Assembly: GCA_035651195.1 (NCBI GenBank)
Contig: DASRGD010000051.1
Span: 27,476 to 91,475 of the forward strand
DNA: 64,000 nucleotides
Origin: Gaiellaceae bacterium
GTDB taxonomy: Bacteria; Actinomycetota; Thermoleophilia; Gaiellales; Gaiellaceae
Direction: 5' to 3'
The first letter of the stretch is position 1. Each line of letters starts with the position of its first letter. Below are positions 35,700 through 42,670 of the stretch, piece after piece. The position numbers and the translations under genes are program-made. The notes beneath the pieces were generated by a model, which was given only the letters and a program-made list of their open reading frames with translations, did not search any database and was not told where the DNA came from.

Positions 35700-36784
35700 G
35701 CGCCGACGGCGTCGTCCGGGTCGGAGTCGTCGGGCTCGGCTACTGGGGCCCGAATCTGGCGCGCAACGTCGCGGGGCATCCGCGAGCGGAGCTGGCGTGG
35801 CTCTGCGACCGCCGCGAAGACCTTCTCGCCGCGGCAGCCGCACGCCACCCGCTGGCGCGCACGACGACGTCGTACGAGGAGCTGCTCGCAGATCCCGAGC
35901 TGGACGCCGTCGCCGTCGTCACGCCGGTCTCGACTCACTACGACCTCGCGCTCGCCGCGCTCCAGGCGGGGAAGCACGTGCTCGTCGAGAAGCCGCTCGC
36001 GTCGTCGTCGGCAGAGGCAGCCGATCTGATGCATCGGGCTGCCGACGCCGGCCTCGTCCTCCTGCCGGGGCACACGTTCCTCTACAGCCCGCCGGTGGTG
36101 AAGATCAAGGAGCTGCTCGACGCCGGCGAGCTCGGCGACATCTACTTCGTCTCGCTCAGCCGCGTCAATCTCGGGCTGCACCAGCCCGACGTCAGCGTCG
36201 TCTGGGATCTGGCGCCGCACGACCTCTCGATCCTCAGCTACTGGCTCGGGCGGCTGCCGGCCGAGGTCTCGGCCGTGACGCGCAGCTGCGTGCTGCCGCA
36301 GACGCCCGACGTCGCGTTCGTGAACATGCGCTACGACACCGGCACGATCGCGCACCTCGAGCTCTCGTGGCTCTCCCCCGTCAAGCTGCGGCGCACCTCG
36401 ATCGTCGGCTCGGCGAAGATGATCGTCTACGACGACACGAGCAACGAGCCGATTCGCATCTTCGACACCGGCGCCGAACTGCCGCCGCCGGAGACGTTCG
36501 GCGAGTTTCGCCTCACCTACCGAACGGGCGACATCATCTCGCCGAAGGTCGACGCGACCGAGCCGCTCTCGCTCGAGATCGGCGACTTCTGCGCGGCGAT
36601 CCTCGACGGCAGCGAGCCGCGGTCGGCGCCGGAGATCGGCTACGACGTCGTGCGCGCGGTCGAGGCGATCGAGCAATCGCTCAAGCGCGGCGGGACCCCG
36701 TGCAGCCCTGCGGGCGAGCTCGCCCAGGAGCTGCTGCCGTTGCGGATCGCGGCTCGACGCTCGCTGCCGTCTCACGCCGCGTAG
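35696..36784 (+). CDS. Gfo/Idh/MocA-family NAD-dependent sugar-nucleotide dehydrogenase (WbpB-like)
   Basis: Motifs RVGVVGLGYWGPNLARN and EKPLA. The GTG at 35696 forms a GTGA overlap with the transferase stop. GGAGG SD upstream. Confidence 0.85.
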   Translation: MSADGVVRVGVVGLGYWGPNLARNVAGHPRAELAWLCDRREDLLAAAAARHPLARTTTSYEELLADPELDAVAVVTPVSTHYDLALAALQAGKHVLVEKPLASSSAEAADLMHRAADAGLVLLPGHTFLYSPPVVKIKELLDAGELGDIYFVSLSRVNLGLHQPDVSVVWDLAPHDLSILSYWLGRLPAEVSAVTRSCVLPQTPDVAFVNMRYDTGTIAHLELSWLSPVKLRRTSIVGSAKMIVYDDTSNEPIRIFDTGAELPPPETFGEFRLTYRTGDIISPKVDATEPLSLEIGDFCAAILDGSEPRSAPEIGYDVVRAVEAIEQSLKRGGTPCSPAGELAQELLPLRIAARRSLPSHAA

Positions 36785-37797
36785 CGATAGAGGACCGCCC
36801 CCGTCGCGCGGCTGACCCAGACCGGCGAGTGCCTGAGCAGCCTGCCGATCCGCCCGGCCGCGTCGGCGACGCCGGCGGGCGCCCCGTCGCCGATCGCCGA
36901 GTAGACGAGCGGCCGCTCGACGCCGCCCCACCGCGTCTTGTAGCTCCGCAGCCCGGCTGCCGCGAGCTCCGTGCGCCCGAAGTCGAAGGTTCGGTGGCCG
37001 TCGGCGCACGCGCCGCGGATCGCGGTCCAGAGCAGGAGGTCGTTCGGCAAGCCGCTGCGCCGTCTCGCGTCGGAGGCGCTGTACTTGTAGACCATCGTTC
37101 CGTTGGCGACGAGGAAGACCGCCGCTGCGACTGGAACCGACCCGTCGAAGACGGCGAGCACGTGCCCGCGACCGCGGTCGATGAGCCGCTGCCAGAGGAG
37201 GCGGAAGAACCGCTTCGGTTGCGAAGGCACGCCCAAGCGCCGCCTCGTCTCGAGATGGAGACGGTAGAACGTCTCCGTGAGGTCCTGCTCGGACTGGGCG
37301 TGACGCACCACGAGCGACGACCGCTGCGCGGCGCGCACGTCACGCCGTTTTCCCCTTGTCATACCGCTCAGGATCACGTCCGGGTCGGCATCGAGCGCCA
37401 GCGTGTGGATGACCGCACGCGGCGGCGCCGGCCGCGCTCCGGCGAGCTCGGCGCGCAGCTCGACGCGATCGACGCCGAGTTCCCGGCGTGCCGAGTCGAT
37501 CGCGACGGTGAGCGCAGCCTCGCCCGCGCCGTCCACGAGCGGGCGGACGGCGTCGGTGAACGGCAGCGACACGAGCCGGCGCGGCCGCGTCGGAAGCCGC
37601 GGCGGCGCGAGCAGCGGCAACCCGGCCGTGATTGCCCCCTCGTCGTCGACCTCCGCGAGCACGAAGCCGTCGAGGCCGTAGCAGTCCGCGAGCAGGATGG
37701 CCCAGTCCGGGTCGTGGAACGGGGTCGCGTCACCACGGCCGGCGACGAAGCGGCGCCAGCGCGGGTCGTCGAATGAGAGCCGTACCGCTCGGGCCAT
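36772..37797 (-). CDS. FemAB-like / GNAT (Acetyltransf_6-like) acyl- or aminoacyl-transferase
   Basis: 341 aa from MARAVRLSF. The blocks GMTRGKRRDVRAAQ, FYRLHLETRRRLGVPSQPKRFF and YKYSASD...GLRSYKTRWGG fit the FemAB-related EPS-locus family from memory. Confidence 0.65.
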   Translation of the reverse strand: MARAVRLSFDDPRWRRFVAGRGDATPFHDPDWAILLADCYGLDGFVLAEVDDEGAITAGLPLLAPPRLPTRPRRLVSLPFTDAVRPLVDGAGEAALTVAIDSARRELGVDRVELRAELAGARPAPPRAVIHTLALDADPDVILSGMTRGKRRDVRAAQRSSLVVRHAQSEQDLTETFYRLHLETRRRLGVPSQPKRFFRLLWQRLIDRGRGHVLAVFDGSVPVAAAVFLVANGTMVYKYSASDARRRSGLPNDLLLWTAIRGACADGHRTFDFGRTELAAAGLRSYKTRWGGVERPLVYSAIGDGAPAGVADAAGRIGRLLRHSPVWVSRATGAVLYRYAA

Positions 37798-37949
37798 CGT
37801 CTCGCCCGCATCGTAGGGCGGCTCACCCACTCGAGCTGCTCCTGCGCCCGACTTGGCGTGTCGCGATCGAAGACGGGTCCATCGTCGCCGGCGCCGCCGG
37901 GGCCCGGATCGTCTGCGGCACCGGCGTCCGGCCGTGGCTCGAGGACGAG

Positions 37950-39086
37950 ATGCCACCGCCTGCCCGCGACCCGGCGACGGGCGGCGTCCTCGTCCCGTTC
38001 TCGCTCGCCGAGGCGTACGCCTGGTACGTGTCGGAACGGTGGCGCGCGACGAGCCCGAACCGTCGGCTGCCGAAGCAGGCGCTCGACCTGTTCTACCGCG
38101 TCAAGCCCCTGATCCCGCGTCGGCTGCAGCTGTCGGCGCGGCGCCGGCTGATCGAGGCGCAGGGAGTGCCGGCGTTTCCGGCGTGGCCCCTCGACCTGAG
38201 CGTCGGCCGGCTGCTCCGCTTCTTCGCCGCCTGCGCGCTCGTCGCCGACGACCGGACCGAGGGGGAGTTCGTCTGGTTCTGGCCGGGCGAGCATCGCGCC
38301 GCCGTGATCCTGACGCACGACGTCGAGAGCGACGACGGCGTCCGGGGCGCGCTCCGGCTCGCCGACCTCGAGGAGGAGCACGGCTTTCGCTCGTCGTTCA
38401 ACTTCGGCGGCTGGTATCGGCAGCTCGACCACGGTGTCCTTCGCGAGCTGAGCGCGCGCGGGTTCGAGATCGGGTTGCACGGGCTCTCGCACGACCGCGC
38501 CCTCTTCGCCTCGCGAGCCGCCTTCGAAGCGCAGCTCCAGCCGCTCGCGGACCTTGCGCGTCGGCTCGGCGCCGTCGGCTTTCGCTCCCCGGCCACGCAC
38601 CGGGTGTTCGAGTGGCTGGCGGAGCTGCCGATCGAATACGACTGCACGCTCCCGAACTCCGATCCGTATGAGCCGCTTCCGGGCGGTTGCTGCTCCGTCT
38701 GGCCCTTCTTCGTCGGCGACGTCGTCGAGCTTCCGTACACGCTTCCCCAGGACCACACGCTGCTGACGCTTCTCGGGCACCGGTCACCCGCGCTCTGGCT
38801 CGAGCAGGCGGCCGTGATCGAGCGCGCTCACGGGCTCGTCCAGTGCGTGACCCACCCCGACCGCGGCTATCTCGGCGACGCCGAGAAGCGCGCGGTCTAC
38901 GCCGAGTTTCTCCGCGGCCTTGCCGAGCGCACGGCGCTCTGGCGCGCGCTGCCACGCGAGGCGGCAGGATGGTGGCGAACGCGGACCGAGGCGGGACCCG
39001 ACGGCGGCGACGTCCGCACCGGCGTCGTGCGGCTCGCGGACGACGCCGCCACGGTCGCGATCGCCCCGCCGGGCGAGCGGTCCTAG
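37950..39086 (+). CDS. Polysaccharide-deacetylase-like (CE4-related) protein, tentative
   Basis: 378 aa from MPPPARDP (GAGGA SD). It contains ILTHDVESDDG and IGLHGLSHD. No other canonical start lies in frame between the divergent gene and 37950. Confidence 0.5.
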   Translation: MPPPARDPATGGVLVPFSLAEAYAWYVSERWRATSPNRRLPKQALDLFYRVKPLIPRRLQLSARRRLIEAQGVPAFPAWPLDLSVGRLLRFFAACALVADDRTEGEFVWFWPGEHRAAVILTHDVESDDGVRGALRLADLEEEHGFRSSFNFGGWYRQLDHGVLRELSARGFEIGLHGLSHDRALFASRAAFEAQLQPLADLARRLGAVGFRSPATHRVFEWLAELPIEYDCTLPNSDPYEPLPGGCCSVWPFFVGDVVELPYTLPQDHTLLTLLGHRSPALWLEQAAVIERAHGLVQCVTHPDRGYLGDAEKRAVYAEFLRGLAERTALWRALPREAAGWWRTRTEAGPDGGDVRTGVVRLADDAATVAIAPPGERS

Positions 39087-39589
39087 CCGGTCTGCACGTC
39101 GACCGTCCGCAGCACGCGCGCGGGATTCCCGGCCACGACGGCTCCGTCGGGCACGTCGCGTGTCACGACCGCCCCGGCGCCCACGATCGCGCCCTCACCG
39201 ATCGTGAGCCCGCAGAGGACGACGGCGCCGGACCCGATCGAGGCTCGCCGCCGGACGATCGTCCGCTCCAGCACCCAGTCCTCGTCTCGCCGCAGCGCCC
39301 CGTCCGCGGTCGTCGCGCGCGGGTAACGGTCGTTCGTGAAGACGACGCCGTGGCCGACGAAGACCTCGTCCCCGAGCTCGACGCCCGCGCAGACGAACGA
39401 GTGGCTCGAGATCTTGCAGCGCGCCCCGACGACCGCTCCGCGCTGGATCTCGACGAAGGGACCGACGCGCGAGCCGTCGCCGATCCGGCAGCCGTACAGG
39501 TTCGTGAACGCCTGCACGACCACGCCCTCCCCGAAGTCGACGTCGTCGATCAGCCGGCAGGGGGCGTCGTTGGCAGGCCCGTCAGCCAC
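39083..39589 (-). CDS. Left-handed beta-helix (hexapeptide-repeat) sugar N-acetyltransferase (WbpD/WxcM-C-like)
   Basis: Hexapeptide repeats (IGDGSRVGPFVEIQRGAVVGARCKISSHSFV..., IGSGAVVLCGLTIGEGAIVGAGAVV). The GTG at 39587-39589 overlaps the upstream gene by 8 nt. Confidence 0.8.
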   Translation of the reverse strand: MADGPANDAPCRLIDDVDFGEGVVVQAFTNLYGCRIGDGSRVGPFVEIQRGAVVGARCKISSHSFVCAGVELGDEVFVGHGVVFTNDRYPRATTADGALRRDEDWVLERTIVRRRASIGSGAVVLCGLTIGEGAIVGAGAVVTRDVPDGAVVAGNPARVLRTVDVQTG

Positions 39590-40739
39590 GCGCGAAGAAC
39601 TCGCGGATCGCCTCGACGACCGCGTGCAGCTGCGCTTCGGTGATGCCCGCGAAGAGCGGCAGCGAGATCGTCTCGCGTGCGACTGCCTCGGCGACGGGGA
39701 ACGCGCCCGGCCGGTGGCGGAGGTACGCGAATGCGGTCGAGTGCGGCGGCGCCTCCGGGTAGTGCCGCTTCGTGCCGATGCCCCGTCGCGCGAGGAAGTC
39801 GCCGAGCGCGGCGGGCACGGCGGTGCGGACGGCGTAGACGTGCCAGACGTGCGTCGCACCCGGCACCGTCGTCGGGAGGCGGAGGTCCCCGACCCCCGCG
39901 AGCGCGTCGGCGTAGAACGCCGCCGCCTCGCGACGCTCCGCATTCCATCGTTCCAGCAGCGGAAGCTTGCGCAGCAGGACGAGCGCCTGGAGCGTGTCGA
40001 GGCGCGACGTCAGGCCGACGTAGTCGGAGCGGTACGGGCGGGTCTCGCCGTGCTCGCGCAGCGCACGCGCCTTCGCGGTCGCGGCCTCGTCGTCGAGGAC
40101 GAGGACGCCTGCGTCCCCCATCGCACCCAGGTTCTTCGACGGATAGAAGCTGAACGCCGCCGCCTGGCCGGCGGCGCCCGCCGTGACGCCGTCTCGCTGC
40201 GCTCCGTGCGCCTGGCAGGCGTCCTCGAGCAGCTCGAGCCCGTGGCGTGCGGCGAGCGCTCCGAGAGCGCGGACGTCGGCCATCTGACCGTGGAGGTGCA
40301 CGGGCAGCAGGGCGCGCGTGCGACGGCCGACGGCCGCCGCGGTCGCGGCGGGATCCAGGCCGAGGTCGTCCTCGCGCACGTCGACGGCCACGGGTCGCCC
40401 GCCGGCGCGCACGACCGCCTCGAAGGTGGCGACGAACGTCATCGCCGGCACGATCACCTCGTCGCCCTCTTCGAGGCCGTACGTCTCGAGCGCGATCGTC
40501 AGCGCGTCGAGGCCGTTCGCCGTCCCGACCGCGAACCGGCGCCCGCACGCGCGGGCGAACTCACGCTCGAACGACTCGACTGCGGGCCCGTTGATGAACG
40601 AGCCGGTGTCGAGGAGCTCCTCGATGTCGCCGAGAAGGTCGCGCCGGATCGCGTCCGTCGCGGGGCGGAGGTCGACGAACGGCACCGCGACGCCGCGAGC
40701 GCCCTTGTTCCCGAGAGTCGCTGTCGCTCGGTCCGCCAC
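39582..40739 (-). CDS. DegT/DnrJ/EryC1/StrS-family PLP-dependent sugar aminotransferase (WbpE-like)
   Basis: Motifs FEREFA, GTANGLDAL, DACQAHG and FSFYPSKNLGAMGDAG (PLP lysine). An alternative start is the GTG at 40685. Confidence 0.9.
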   Translation of the reverse strand: MADRATATLGNKGARGVAVPFVDLRPATDAIRRDLLGDIEELLDTGSFINGPAVESFEREFARACGRRFAVGTANGLDALTIALETYGLEEGDEVIVPAMTFVATFEAVVRAGGRPVAVDVREDDLGLDPAATAAAVGRRTRALLPVHLHGQMADVRALGALAARHGLELLEDACQAHGAQRDGVTAGAAGQAAAFSFYPSKNLGAMGDAGVLVLDDEAATAKARALREHGETRPYRSDYVGLTSRLDTLQALVLLRKLPLLERWNAERREAAAFYADALAGVGDLRLPTTVPGATHVWHVYAVRTAVPAALGDFLARRGIGTKRHYPEAPPHSTAFAYLRHRPGAFPVAEAVARETISLPLFAGITEAQLHAVVEAIREFFARG

Positions 40740-40823
40740 GGCGACAGCCGACTGTAGCGGCTGGAGATCCGCCGGCGAGCGGCCGGTCCGGCGGGCGCGG
40801 CCGCCGGACCGACCCGCTCGCCC

Positions 40824-42488
40824 CTACCGCACCCGCCGGACTGCTTTCGGGGCGGACTTCGCCGCCGCCGTCCGGTGCTTCGCGGTGGTCTTCGTCCCGT
40901 GCGACGTCCTTCTCGTCGCCGCGGCGGCCGTGGTCGCGCTTCGCCGCGCATCCGCCAGATACGCGAGCGTCTGCCGGGCCTTCCGTCCATGCGGCTTCCG
41001 CGCCGGTGTCGTGGTCGTCGTGGCCGTCTTCGTGGTGGTGGGCGTCGTCGTCGCGGCGGTCGTCCTCGTCGAGCTGGGAGCCGGCGCCGGCGAGCTCGTG
41101 CCGCCGCTCGGCGGTGTCGCCGGTGTCGAGGACGACGTCGGCGCGGTCGAGCTCGTGGTCGGGGTCGTCGAGCTCGCCGTCGGGGTGGTCGCGCCCGCCG
41201 TCGGCGTGGTGGTGGTGGTGGTGGTGGTGATGGTCGTGGTCGTGGTCCGGGTGGTCGTGGTCGGGGTGGTGGTCGGCGTGGTGGTTGTGCTCTGGCCGGT
41301 CGCGGTCAGGATCATCGCCGTCACCGGCTGCAGCGTCACCGACGTGGTGGTCGCGCCGGCGGGCGTGAGGTAGCCGCCGCCGAGGTTGAACGTCTGCGCG
41401 GTCGTCGGATCCGGGTCGACGAGAACGACGCCGCCGCTGTAGCGACGCATCCAGCCGACGCCGACCTGCTGCTTGGCAGCCGCCGGCGTGCCGATGCTGG
41501 TCGTCCAGGCACTGCTCGTCGGGTCGGAGCCGTCGTTGTTTCCGTACATGAACGCGCCGCCGCCGCCGTTCCAGTCGAGCAAGAACGAGGCCTTGCCGTA
41601 GGTCATGGCAGCGGTGTTGCCGGCCGCGCCGTACATCACCCCGTAGAAGTCGTCGCCCATCGACTGCGCCGTTGCGACCAGGCGCTGCCATCCGTCCCAG
41701 TTCTGCGCCCACGAGCCGCCGGCCGAGCGCAACGTATCGGTGCCGTTCGACGTCTCCATGTAGTACTCGTTCATCAACCCGTTCACGGACGGACCGAGCT
41801 GCTGCCACCAGGCGACGGTGTTCGTTCCGTTGTCGCTGTTCGAGTCGCCTGGCACATAGCCGGATGCGTTCACCGCCAGGTAGTAGCCGTGCGAACGCAG
41901 TGCGTTGCCGACTGCGGCAACGAACGACGACATCGCCGTCGCCCATTGCTGCTGCGTCGGGTACTTCGCCGCTTCGGTACCCGCGAGCGGCTTCAGGTCG
42001 TAGAGCACGTCGTCGACGAAGACGCCGTCCACGCCCGGGTTCGCCGCCAGATACGCAAGCACGTTCGAGATCCACGCCTGCTGGTAGCTGCTGTTGCCGA
42101 CGTCGCCGACGTAGTCCCCGGCGTAGCTCTGATTCGTGAGCAGGTTCCCCGACGCGTCCGTCAGCAGCCAGCCGTTCGCGGCCGCCTGGTTGTACGGGAC
42201 GCCGGTACTCCAGTTGACGTTCACGTCCGTCCCCGCGAAATAGGCCAAGGACCGGCCGGGGAGCCCGGCCAGCGTCGAGCCGTCCGCCGCATCTCCGATC
42301 ACCGTCGAATACAGGCCGGGATTCGCGATCCCTGCGAGATGACCGCCGAGGGAGTAGACACCGATCCCCGGCACCGCACTCGACACGCTTGCCGACCCCG
42401 CCGACGGCAACTGAACCGCAAGTAGACACCCCGCAGTGAGCACGACAGCCAGCGCCGTCAGGCGCAGCGGATACTTGATCTTGGACAT
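40824..42488 (-). CDS. Secreted GHL15/GH114-like protein (paralog 3 of 3) with a Thr/Pro-rich linker and a basic C-terminal tail
   Basis: ATG 42486-42488 with a GGAGG SD 9 nt upstream. Signal peptide MSKIKYPLRLTALAVVLTAGCLLAV. It has the same catalytic-domain blocks as paralogs 1 and 2, then about 110 aa of T/P/S/A, then a K/R/A/T-rich end. Confidence 0.6.
   Translation of the reverse strand: MSKIKYPLRLTALAVVLTAGCLLAVQLPSAGSASVSSAVPGIGVYSLGGHLAGIANPGLYSTVIGDAADGSTLAGLPGRSLAYFAGTDVNVNWSTGVPYNQAAANGWLLTDASGNLLTNQSYAGDYVGDVGNSSYQQAWISNVLAYLAANPGVDGVFVDDVLYDLKPLAGTEAAKYPTQQQWATAMSSFVAAVGNALRSHGYYLAVNASGYVPGDSNSDNGTNTVAWWQQLGPSVNGLMNEYYMETSNGTDTLRSAGGSWAQNWDGWQRLVATAQSMGDDFYGVMYGAAGNTAAMTYGKASFLLDWNGGGGAFMYGNNDGSDPTSSAWTTSIGTPAAAKQQVGVGWMRRYSGGVVLVDPDPTTAQTFNLGGGYLTPAGATTTSVTLQPVTAMILTATGQSTTTTPTTTPTTTTRTTTTTITTTTTTTTPTAGATTPTASSTTPTTSSTAPTSSSTPATPPSGGTSSPAPAPSSTRTTAATTTPTTTKTATTTTTPARKPHGRKARQTLAYLADARRSATTAAAATRRTSHGTKTTAKHRTAAAKSAPKAVRRVR
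40990..41340 (-). repeat. Low-complexity (ACC/ACG/CCG)n coding tract encoding the poly-Thr/Pro linker
   Basis: The plus strand shows long GGT/GTC runs (e.g. ggtggtggtggtggtggtgatggtcgtggtcgtgg). Translation is TTTTPTTTPTTTTRTTTTTITTTTTTTTPT... Confidence 0.8.
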
Positions 42489-42577
42489 TGCGGCAACCCT
42501 CCGTGCATCTCGAGGCGACGGTCGCGCCTCATGAGTCAGGACGGTCCGTAGGTCGGCGGTCGGGGTCCGCGCAGACA

Positions 42578-42613
42578 CCCCCGATCGAGGGCGCACAGAC
42601 CCTCGATCGAGGG
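42578..42613. promoter_or_regulatory. Two copies of a 14-bp palindrome (CCCCGATCGAGGG/CCCTCGATCGAGGG), 22 bp centre-to-centre, in a divergent promoter region; candidate operator
   Basis: Read directly. The second copy (42600-42613) is a perfect palindrome and the first (42578-42591) has one mismatch. They lie between the GHL15-3 start (42488) and the asnB-like start (42671). Confidence 0.35.
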
Positions 42614-42670
42614 TATGGCGGCGGCGCGACGGTGGACTGCGGCGGCGGCGGCGGGTACTAATGCAGCGCT

